NCBI GenBank assembly: GCA_964452145.1
Contig: CAYVLA010000011.1
Location: 1-25,611 of the forward strand
Reading direction: 5' to 3'
DNA from: Candidatus Hadarchaeota archaeon
GTDB lineage: Archaea > CAYQAE01 > CAYVLA01
DNA: 25,611 nt
Shown here: positions 16,149 through 24,019 of the stretch, piece after piece
How positions within the stretch are numbered: position 1 is the stretch's first letter
Layout: each line of letters begins with the position of its first letter
The notes under the pieces: model-generated
Seen by the model: the letters and a program-made list of their open reading frames with translations, nothing else
What the model was told of the DNA's origin: nothing
Database searches by the model: none
Program-made: the position numbers and the translations under genes

Positions 16149-17405
16149 CTACAGCTGATCCAGGTTACGCATGACTTTGCGAATGCCGTCAGCCATAAGC
16201 TCGGCCACCTCCGGGCCGTTGGGGGATCGCAGCGGAGTCGTCATTCCGGTATGCCAGTCGCAGTGCCGTTGGGCGACCGGGAAGGAGGCCGGGGAGTAGT
16301 CAACAACCCCTGCGTGCGGACATCGCCAGGGACAGCCCCGTCCGTAACCATTCTTGGCTTGGAAGACGGTCATAGCCGGGAGTGTGAAATGCTGCCAGAG
16401 CCCCGTGTCAACTCCCTCGGCCCTCATGGCTTTGATGATCTTGTTTCGGAAGGAGCCCGCGTCCTGGACGTGTCCCATGCCCTCCATATCGAAGCGAAGG
16501 GTGTAGTTGTACCAGTTGTGTTCGTAGCCCTTGGGCTCCCTTGGCAATATCAGGTTCGGCACGTCCTCCAAGCATTCGGAAAGCCGGCTCGCGTTCACCT
16601 TCTGCTGGGCAAGGTACCCGTCCAGCTTCTTCAGCTGGGCCCTGCCAAACGCGGCGTTGAGGTCGTTGTTGCGGTACATCCACCCGAGGGCATAGGCATG
16701 ATAGTCCCTGGACTGGAGCGGGGTCCTAGTCTCCCCGAAGGACCAGAGCTGCTTGGCCTTGCCCAGAATCTCCTCGTCATCGGTGACGAACATTCCGCCC
16801 TCCCCCGAGCAAAGCAGCTTGTTCTGATTGAAGCTGAACGCCGCGCAGTGCCCAAACGTGCCCACCTTCCTACCGTGGAACTTCGCACCGTGCGCCTGGC
16901 AGGCGTCCTCTATGACGTACAAATCATGCTCGTCCGCTATGTCCATGACCGTGTCCATATCCATGGGCAGTCCGTGGAGGTGAACAACCATGATGGCCCT
17001 TGTCCTGGGTGTGATGGCTGCCTCGATCTTGTTCACATCCATGTTCATCGTGTCGAAGTCGATGTCGACGAAGACCGGAATGCAGTTGTGATGCAGGATG
17101 CAGGTGGCGGAGGAGGACCAGGAATAGGCCGGGACGATCACCTCATCACCGGGCTGGCAGTCGCTTGCCGCCACGCCCATGTGCAGAGCCGCAGTCCCCG
17201 AGTTCGTCGTTATGGCATACTTGTTTCCGTTCCACGCGGCGAATTCATCCTGAAAGGCGGCGCAGTTGGGGCCGAAAGCATGGCTCCCTCCCTCAAGGGA
17301 TGATATGACCATGTCACGGTCCAGATCATCAATGGTGGGCCAGTTCTTGATCGTTCCGTCGGGAATGGTCTTGCGACCCCCTTTGACTGCCAGCCTCTCG
17401 TCCAT
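16149..17405 (-). CDS. DegT/DnrJ/EryC1/StrS family PLP-dependent aminotransferase
   Basis: Motifs NSGTAALH, PVFVDID, VVHLHG, IEDACQAHGA and FSFNQNKLLCSGEGG (PLP Lys). I moved the start to ATG 17405, after the GGAGTGA RBS. Confidence 0.93.
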   Translation of the reverse strand: MDERLAVKGGRKTIPDGTIKNWPTIDDLDRDMVISSLEGGSHAFGPNCAAFQDEFAAWNGNKYAITTNSGTAALHMGVAASDCQPGDEVIVPAYSWSSSATCILHHNCIPVFVDIDFDTMNMDVNKIEAAITPRTRAIMVVHLHGLPMDMDTVMDIADEHDLYVIEDACQAHGAKFHGRKVGTFGHCAAFSFNQNKLLCSGEGGMFVTDDEEILGKAKQLWSFGETRTPLQSRDYHAYALGWMYRNNDLNAAFGRAQLKKLDGYLAQQKVNASRLSECLEDVPNLILPREPKGYEHNWYNYTLRFDMEGMGHVQDAGSFRNKIIKAMRAEGVDTGLWQHFTLPAMTVFQAKNGYGRGCPWRCPHAGVVDYSPASFPVAQRHCDWHTGMTTPLRSPNGPEVAELMADGIRKVMRNLDQL

Positions 17406-17720
17406 GCGATCACTCCCGATCAGGATAGCACTGTAAGCGACACGGAGTCCTTTTAATGCGTTCCTCCGAGTCTCCGGCAAGGCAGATCCCTGCCGGGCCC
17501 GTGATGATTGAGAAGTACTGAACGGAACCAGTAAGCAGAAACCCGGGGAAGGCGGAAGTCAATGATGAATCTAGGCAGCCCGGTCCCGGCCATCGAGATC
17601 AATTGAGGCGAGATTGCGACCTCCGGGCACCCGCCCAAGGGATAGTGTTAAGAAATGCAGATGCGGGGACCCCCTCATGCCATCTTTCTCTGGAACCGTT
17701 CCGCGGCGGAGGAGACCCAC

Positions 17721-18749
17721 TTGTCATTGCGGAGGGAAAGCAAAGATCTGAAGACGCTGCTCAGCGGAGGACGGATCTACAAACCTCCATTCTGGGAGGT
17801 ATGGTTCGGAATGTCCGCCTTCGCCAGCAGACGGTACGGAGACCAGTCCAATGTCGAGAACCGGATCCTGATGACCCAAGACCTGGGCATGGCCATCGTA
17901 CCTCTGGGTGGAGTGGGCATAAACACCGGCTTCAACATCAACGAGGATACAAGTGCTGGAGTCAGGAGGTATGCGGGAGGCTCCTTGAGCGAGTTCCGAC
18001 AGCTGGAGGAACGGGCGCTTCCGGACTGGGATAGCATGATCGATCCGTGGAGGGAGAACCAGGGCCTGATCAGAGACGCCGGCCTCCTCTCATGGGCAGT
18101 GATACCATGGTGTCTCCACACCATCGCGACCTCCATGGGGCTTGTCAAGTTCGTGGGCAAAGTCTACCGAGACTTCGACTTCGTCGACAGGGCCTTTGAA
18201 TGGGTCGAAGAGCGGAGCCGAATGGCGATCGACTCGGTTATAAGAGAGGTCCGGCCAGATGTGGTTCTGCTGGATGGGGACTGCGCCTACAAGCATGGCC
18301 TCATGATCCATCCCGCCCTGTTCCGAAGACTGGTCTACGACAGGACAAGGGAGACGGTCTCTCACCTCAGGAAGCTGGGTATTCCCTATGCCTTCCACAC
18401 CGATGGCAAGCTTGACGATGTGATCCCCATGTTAGTCGAACTCGGCTTCTCGGCCGTACACGGATGCGAGAAGACGGCGAATGATCTGGGAGACCTTGCC
18501 ACCAGATTCGGCGACCGCATAGTCCTAATCGGTAACATGGATGTGACATTTCTCTACCTGTCGAACCCCGCTGACATCGTGCAAGAGACGCGGGCCATGC
18601 TGGAGACGGGGAGCCGGAAGGGTAGGTACGTGGCAGCATGCAATACAAGCCCCCTGGACAACATACCAGATGACAACTATCTGGCCATGGTCCGTTCGAT
18701 AGCGGAGTATCAGCCTGAGAGCGCCCGGAGATCGGGTGAACCGAGATGA
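17721..18749 (+). CDS. Uroporphyrinogen decarboxylase/MtaA-fold (URO-D-like) protein
   Basis: Motifs DGDCAYKHGLMIHP, FHTDGKL, FGDRIVLIGNMD and NIPDDNYLAM. Start is TTG 17721 after GGAGGAG (the ORF track starts at 17655). Confidence 0.85.
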   Translation: MSLRRESKDLKTLLSGGRIYKPPFWEVWFGMSAFASRRYGDQSNVENRILMTQDLGMAIVPLGGVGINTGFNINEDTSAGVRRYAGGSLSEFRQLEERALPDWDSMIDPWRENQGLIRDAGLLSWAVIPWCLHTIATSMGLVKFVGKVYRDFDFVDRAFEWVEERSRMAIDSVIREVRPDVVLLDGDCAYKHGLMIHPALFRRLVYDRTRETVSHLRKLGIPYAFHTDGKLDDVIPMLVELGFSAVHGCEKTANDLGDLATRFGDRIVLIGNMDVTFLYLSNPADIVQETRAMLETGSRKGRYVAACNTSPLDNIPDDNYLAMVRSIAEYQPESARRSGEPR

Positions 18750-19537
18750 AGATCGGAGACATTCTCGAACACTTCCTCTCGCGAGCCGAATGGGTTGATC
18801 GCAGCAAGACGGTCGACCGCGTCATCGTGGGCAACCCGGAGAGGGATGTCGCTGCATGCCTTGTGACATGGATGGCGAGTTTCCGGGCCCTTCGCAGGGC
18901 GGTGGATCTTGGCATCGGGTTCGTGATCTGCCACGAGCCGACATTCTGGAACCATCTGGACAAGGATCCGGCAAGCCGGCCACAAGCTACCGAGAAACTG
19001 AGTTACATCGAGGATAACGGGCTGGCCATCATGAGAATCCATGACAGCTGGGATCGCTGGCCCCAGATCGGCATACCTTGGGCCTGGGCACGTTTCCTCG
19101 GACTTGGAGACAGCCCTGTGGCAACGGGCGCGAACGGCTATCAACACCGCTATGACATAGAGCCCGTCCGACTGGACGATTTGGCAGAGGCCGTGGCACT
19201 CAGGTGCGCTGCCCTGGGCGAACCGATGGTACAGGTTGTCGGGGACGCGCATGCCGCTGTTTCACGGATCGGGATAGGCACGGGATGTGGATGCAGCATC
19301 GAGGCTTACATGGCAATGGGGTGCGACTGCTCCATAGTTTGCGACGATGGCTCCTCCTACTGGGCAGGCATACAGATGGCCCAGGACTTGAGCCATCCGG
19401 TTATCAGGGTTAACCATGGCACGTCGGAACAGCCCGGCATGGTCACTCTCACCCAGTACATCAACAGCCAGCTGCCGGGCATAGTCGCCCGGCATCTGCC
19501 TCATGGCAGCAGCTTCAGACTTGTGGGACGACTCTGA
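18746..19537 (+). CDS. Nif3-like dinuclear metal-centre protein
   Basis: Motifs TVDRVIVGNP, VTWMA, ICHEPTFW, RIHDSWD and NHGTSEQPGM. ATGA overlap with the URO-D stop. Confidence 0.88.
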   Translation: MKIGDILEHFLSRAEWVDRSKTVDRVIVGNPERDVAACLVTWMASFRALRRAVDLGIGFVICHEPTFWNHLDKDPASRPQATEKLSYIEDNGLAIMRIHDSWDRWPQIGIPWAWARFLGLGDSPVATGANGYQHRYDIEPVRLDDLAEAVALRCAALGEPMVQVVGDAHAAVSRIGIGTGCGCSIEAYMAMGCDCSIVCDDGSSYWAGIQMAQDLSHPVIRVNHGTSEQPGMVTLTQYINSQLPGIVARHLPHGSSFRLVGRL

Positions 19538-19609
19538 GGATGGCTCGCCGGCTCAGACCGCGAAGTCGATGGCCCCTGTTCTCGACCGTCTCGAATCGCC
19601 CCGAATCCA

Positions 19610-20035
19610 TCATATGAAGAGATTGATCTCTGATTCCATGGCCTCCCTAAGGTACGACCCAACTGCCCCGCACTCATCCACATAGCCCATGTCGAGATCT
19701 TCTTGGCAGATCCCCATCACGCCCATCGTCATCTCACACGCAATTATCTTGCCACCCAAATCGCGGAAGTCCTTCAGCAGGGTCTCAAGGCTCTCCACAT
19801 TGGCCCTCTTCATCCGGGAACCCATCATCCTCTTTCCCAGGCCAAGCAGGTTCATCCGTGAAAGGCCCCCCTTGGCCAACTTGCCCTTCTTCAGCCTTTC
19901 GAGGCCCCAGAACGTGAAGTAGATGGAGACGTTCATGCCCATGGACAGGGCACCTGTGCCGAGTATGAGGGCGCTGTAGACCTTGTCCATCTCGCCGGAA
20001 TGGAGGATGATCGTCATCTTCTTGGCTTCAACCAC
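19610..20035 (-). CDS. DsrE/DsrF/DrsH-like (DsrE2-type) sulfur-relay protein
   Basis: Motifs IILHSGEMDK, YFTFWGL and IIACEMTM (conserved Cys). It lies directly downstream of tusA. Confidence 0.9.
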   Translation of the reverse strand: MVEAKKMTIILHSGEMDKVYSALILGTGALSMGMNVSIYFTFWGLERLKKGKLAKGGLSRMNLLGLGKRMMGSRMKRANVESLETLLKDFRDLGGKIIACEMTMGVMGICQEDLDMGYVDECGAVGSYLREAMESEINLFI

Positions 20036-20046
20036 TCTCGTGCCCC

Positions 20047-20277
20047 CTAGTCAGCCTTCTTCCTGATCCTTATGGTCCAGATGCGGTCCTTCTCATCGAT
20101 GCCCAGCAGCTCATGGCCTAGAAGCCCGACGGCCATCGGTATCTCCTTCTTGGATGGAGCATGGTCGCCTGTTATCTCGATGACCTCTCCCGGCCGTGCA
20201 TCCCGCATGGCCTTTCTTGCTTCGATGAGGGGCTTGGGACAGGTCTTGCCGAGGCAGTCAACCTTCAACGCGCTCAC
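20047..20277 (-). CDS. tusA: TusA/SirA family sulfur carrier protein
   Basis: VDCLGKTCPKP (CPxP motif) in a 76-aa protein. Start is GTG 20277 (or TTG 20268) after GGAGG, overlapping the iscU 3' end. Confidence 0.9.
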   Translation of the reverse strand: MSALKVDCLGKTCPKPLIEARKAMRDARPGEVIEITGDHAPSKKEIPMAVGLLGHELLGIDEKDRIWTIRIRKKAD

Positions 20278-20707
20278 ACCCCTCCATGATTGGGCACTCC
20301 CTGCATGGCGCGGGTAATCGTTCCGCCTTCTCGCCTGCATGCGCGGCCCTGTAGGCCTTGATCGCGTCCTTGAGGCCGTCGGCGGCCAGGTTGGAGCAGT
20401 GCATCTTGATCGGAGGCAGACCGTCCAAGGCATCGGCCACGTCCCTCCGAGTGATCTTCTCCGCCTCCTCCAAGGTCTTTCCCTTTGCCAACTCCGTGAC
20501 CATGCTGCTGGTGGCTATCGCGGCTGCGCAACCCATGGTCTTGAAGCTGATGTCCGCTATTCGATTGTCCCGCACCTTGATGAAGATGTTCATGACATCC
20601 CCACAGACGGGGTTCCCGACCCTTCCGATGGCGTCGGCGTCCTTCATCTCTCCCATGTTCCTGGGGTTCTGGAAATGTTCCATCACTTTCTCCGAGTAGA
20701 CACCCAC
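20258..20707 (-). CDS. iscU: IscU/NifU-N type Fe-S scaffold (MisU-type) with an extra C-terminal Cys-rich tail
   Basis: Motifs YSEKVMEHFQNPRN, GNPVCGD, FKTMGC and LPPIKMHCS, plus the tail CRECPIMEGC. RBS GAGGTGA. Confidence 0.95.
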   Translation of the reverse strand: MGVYSEKVMEHFQNPRNMGEMKDADAIGRVGNPVCGDVMNIFIKVRDNRIADISFKTMGCAAAIATSSMVTELAKGKTLEEAEKITRRDVADALDGLPPIKMHCSNLAADGLKDAIKAYRAAHAGEKAERLPAPCRECPIMEGCERVEG

Positions 20708-20711
20708 ATCA

Positions 20712-21854
20712 TCACCTCATCGAACTCATCTCTTTGAGTCTTTTAACCACCTCAACGACCTTGCCTGAGGCGTACTCGATCTCCTCATCAGTGTTGAACC
20801 TAGACAGAGAGAATCTGATGGATCCATGGCTTTTCTCGGGCGGTATGCCTATGGCCGAGAGAACGTAGCTGGGTCGCAGGTTCTTCGATGCGCATGCCGA
20901 GCCCGTGCTGACCGCTATGCCGGCCATGTCCAGATACAGCAGTATGGACTCACCTTCTACGTACTTGAAATTGCAGCTGAGGAGGTTCGCCAGCCTTCTC
21001 CCCTTCGGTCCGTTGATCTCCGTGTCAGGGATGTCACGCCTAATCGTGTCCAACAGTTTCTCGCACATCGAGCGGACGCGCTCGACATCCTTCGGGTCCC
21101 AGATCTCAACAGCCTTAGCCATCCCCACGGCACCCGGTATGTTGGCCGTCCCGGGTCTGTTGTTGAACTCGGTCCCAGGCCCGTACATTATCGGAGCAAG
21201 CTCCAAATCGCCGCGTGTGATGAGCGCGCCAACGCCCTTGGGTCCGTGGATTGTGTGGGCCGTGAGGGACACCAGATTGGCCCCGACCCTTGAGAGATCC
21301 AGGCCCTCCCAGAGGAAGCTTTGGCGAGCATCCAAATGCAGCGGGACCCGATGGTCCGCGCAGACCTCGGACACAGCGCGCACGTCCTGGACGGTTCCGA
21401 TCTCACCGTTGGCATGCCCGAGCGTCACCAGAATGGTATCATCGTCAATCGATGAATCCAGGCTCGCAGGATCGATGAAGCCCTCGGAATTAACGCCCAG
21501 GTAGCGCACTCTGAACCCGGCCTTGCTCAGGGCTCCCACTGTGCTCAGCACCGAGGAATGCTCAATCTTGGATGTGATGATCGTTCCATGTCCCTTTGCC
21601 CGCGCCACTCCCTGAATGGCCATGTTGTTTGACTCGACCCCTCCTGAGGTGAGGATGACCTCATCAGGCAACGCGCCGAGGGCCTGCGCGATCACCTCAC
21701 GGCTGCGATGCAGGGCCTCCAGAGACCTCGTCCCCCAGGAATGCCCGTACTCACTGGTCGGTGCTCCGTAGTCTTCGAGGTAGTAGCCCTCCATGGCCTG
21801 CAATACCCTCGGATCAACGCGGGTTGTGGACGCATTATCTAGATAGACCTTCAT
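20712..21854 (-). CDS. iscS: IscS/NifS-family cysteine desulfurase homolog lacking the PLP-binding Lys
   Basis: Motifs YLDNASTT, TSGGVESNN, IEHSSV, AHTIHGPKG (canonical HK), GSACAS (catalytic Cys present) and SIRFS. I moved the start to ATG 21854, after GAGGA. Confidence 0.92.
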   Translation of the reverse strand: MKVYLDNASTTRVDPRVLQAMEGYYLEDYGAPTSEYGHSWGTRSLEALHRSREVIAQALGALPDEVILTSGGVESNNMAIQGVARAKGHGTIITSKIEHSSVLSTVGALSKAGFRVRYLGVNSEGFIDPASLDSSIDDDTILVTLGHANGEIGTVQDVRAVSEVCADHRVPLHLDARQSFLWEGLDLSRVGANLVSLTAHTIHGPKGVGALITRGDLELAPIMYGPGTEFNNRPGTANIPGAVGMAKAVEIWDPKDVERVRSMCEKLLDTIRRDIPDTEINGPKGRRLANLLSCNFKYVEGESILLYLDMAGIAVSTGSACASKNLRPSYVLSAIGIPPEKSHGSIRFSLSRFNTDEEIEYASGKVVEVVKRLKEMSSMR

Positions 21855-22094
21855 GATCGCATCCTCGGGTGGCACTGCCACACTCCTGGCTAGGGAAGCT
21901 GAAAAAGGGTCTTCTGGAGGCGATCCTGTTCCCCGGACTGGCAATCCGACGGGACCGCAACGCAGCACCTTGTTCCCCAGCAGCGCATGCATGGGGTAAC
22001 TCGCATGCCTTTCAGCGAGCGGAATGGGCGATGGCCAGATGCCACTCGACATTGCCCGACAGTCCGACCTCGAATCTGGTGCGCGGGAGATCCG

Positions 22095-23723
22095 TCATCC
22101 ACCAATGGCTGGTGCTCGCATCAGCCACTGACCCTCCGGCTTCTTGGAGAGAAGTCTGTCCTCAAGCATGCGGAGCGTCGTTGGCGACACGAATGCGGGA
22201 AGCGTGGGGCCGAGATTGATCCCCCTCACGCCAATGTACAGCAGGGACAGAAGGACTAGCACCGCCTTCTGCTCATACCACGCAATCTCGTATGATATTG
22301 GGAGGGAGTTAATGTCCGTGCCCAGCTTCTGAGCGAGCTTGATCGCGGTCAGGGCCAGGGAATAGGAGTCGTTGCATTGACCGGCATCCAGGACGCGAGG
22401 GATCCCATCGACCTCCCCGAGCCCAAGCTTGTTGTATCGATACTTGGCGCATCCAGCAGTGAGAATCACCGAATCCTTGGGAAGGGAATTGGCAAAGTCT
22501 GTGTAGTGCTGCCGCGTCCTGTGACTTCCGTCGCATCCGGCCATGACGTAGAATCGGGACACCCGCCCCTGCTTCACCTTCTTTATGACTTCGTCGAGAA
22601 TCCCTTCAAGGAAGAAGTGGGAGAATCCCCCCACGATCTCGCCATCCTCCAGCTTGGTGGGTGACGGGCATCGCTTAGCGTGTTCTATGACTGTCGAGAA
22701 ATCCTTGGGCCTCCCATCGGCTCTGTCCGAGATGTGCTTCAGACCAGGAAGACCAACCATCGATGTCGTATAGATCCTGTCTTTGTAGGATTCTTTTGGG
22801 GGAACTAGGCAGTTGGTGGTCACTATGATGGGACCGTTGAACTCCTCGAATTCCTCCCTTTGCATCCACCAAGAGCCACCATAATTCCCGTAGACATTGT
22901 CGTATCTCTTGAAGAAAGGGTAGCAATGAGCGGGAAGCATCTCGCCGTGGGTGTAGACGTCCACCCCGCTTCCTCTAGTCTGATCCAGAAGGTCCTCTAG
23001 GTCCCTCAGGTCATGGCCAGTGATGAGTATCCCGGGACGGTTCCGGACCCCGACCCTCACCTTTGTCGGCCCGGGCTTGCCGTACCTGTCGGTGTTGGCC
23101 TTGTCCAAGAGGGCCATGGTTTTGACGCCGTATTCTCCAACCCTGATCACAATGTCCAGCAGCTGTTCCTGTGAGCACCTGCCTTCAATCGTTGAAGCCA
23201 GCGCCTCATTCATGAATCTGGCTATGTCCTCATCCCAGGCACCGAGGACCGCTGCGTGATGGAAATATGCAGCGATGCCTTTGAGGCCGTAGATGATGGT
23301 GGCAACCAGAGATCTTCTGTCCTCGTCCTGGATGGACAGGAATCCGACCTCACCAGACTTTCTGAGCATCTCGTCTCGGCTTCTGGACGCCCACGTGGCT
23401 TCATCGGGGGCCGTGTGGTTGCCCCTGCCTGCTCTCTTTGAAAGCCCATCCCTGATCTGGATCGCCTTCCTGATGTACTCGTAGAACCTCTCGTTGTCGA
23501 AGTTAACGTTGGTCACTGTGGAGAACAGCGCGACTAGCATGAACTCACTGGCCCGTCTATCCATCAACTTCCTTTCCGATAGTACGAGCTGGTAGAAGGA
23601 GACTCCTTTCAGGAGATGGATGAGGAGGTCCTGCAAGCAAGAGGTATCTCCCTTCTTGCCGCATGCGCCCTTGACGGTGCACGCCTTGTTGCCGACGGTC
23701 TCTTGGCATTGATAGCAGAACAT
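22095..23723 (-). CDS. hcp: Hybrid cluster protein (hydroxylamine/NO reductase); atypical C-terminus
   Basis: N-terminal MFCYQCQETVGNKACTVKGACGK (C-X2-C-X8-C-X5-C). Hybrid-cluster ligand motifs GHDL, HGEML, TTNC, GCD, GCAK, GQCND and YEQK are all present. Start is ATG 23723. Confidence 0.95.
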   Translation of the reverse strand: MFCYQCQETVGNKACTVKGACGKKGDTSCLQDLLIHLLKGVSFYQLVLSERKLMDRRASEFMLVALFSTVTNVNFDNERFYEYIRKAIQIRDGLSKRAGRGNHTAPDEATWASRSRDEMLRKSGEVGFLSIQDEDRRSLVATIIYGLKGIAAYFHHAAVLGAWDEDIARFMNEALASTIEGRCSQEQLLDIVIRVGEYGVKTMALLDKANTDRYGKPGPTKVRVGVRNRPGILITGHDLRDLEDLLDQTRGSGVDVYTHGEMLPAHCYPFFKRYDNVYGNYGGSWWMQREEFEEFNGPIIVTTNCLVPPKESYKDRIYTTSMVGLPGLKHISDRADGRPKDFSTVIEHAKRCPSPTKLEDGEIVGGFSHFFLEGILDEVIKKVKQGRVSRFYVMAGCDGSHRTRQHYTDFANSLPKDSVILTAGCAKYRYNKLGLGEVDGIPRVLDAGQCNDSYSLALTAIKLAQKLGTDINSLPISYEIAWYEQKAVLVLLSLLYIGVRGINLGPTLPAFVSPTTLRMLEDRLLSKKPEGQWLMRAPAIGG

Positions 23724-23774
23724 GTGGATAACCCCAGCCAGTTGAAGTGTGCCCAACTCGGTCCTACCCTCACG

Positions 23775-23780
23775 TTTAAA
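23775..23780 (-). promoter_or_regulatory. Putative TATA box for hcp
   Basis: CTTTAAA on the minus strand, about 52 nt upstream of the hcp ATG. Confidence 0.45.
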
Positions 23781-23989
23781 GCTTACCGGTTTGGGTTTGG
23801 GCAAAGAGCACGATGGCATGTCACCCGAAAGCCAACCACCACCTCTTGACGGCGATCATCACGATCAGAGCGAGTCTGGTGGTCGAGGGCGTAGGTTGCA
23901 GTTGAGTCGAGTCTGTTCTGGAGGCCGCCCTGAAGAGCGTCTACCCGAGCTTGGCGGCCGAGCCCTGAGTAGTCGGTGTCGGCGTAAGT

Positions 23990-23996
23990 CTTAAGA
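23990..23996 (+). promoter_or_regulatory. Putative TATA box for the Ni/Co transporter (leaderless)
   Basis: CTTAAGA lies about 24-30 nt upstream of GTG 24020, and no RBS is visible. Confidence 0.45.
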
Positions 23997-24019
23997 GCCA
24001 CCCGTGGCGACCTGGTTGC

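Noticed and set aside
16134..17303. 389-aa plus-strand ORF
   Set aside because: It is the antisense shadow of the DegT aminotransferase and shows no family features.
21855..22052. N-terminal extension of the IscS ORF (also those of speB, Gfo/Idh/MocA, sufC, DegT, tusA and hcp)
   Set aside because: The extensions do not resemble the families, and downstream starts match the family N-termini, mostly with a clear RBS.
22075..22154. Bulge-helix-bulge archaeal intron as the explanation for the hcp insert
   Set aside because: I tested all five possible junction registers by hand and none forms the 4-bp central helix.
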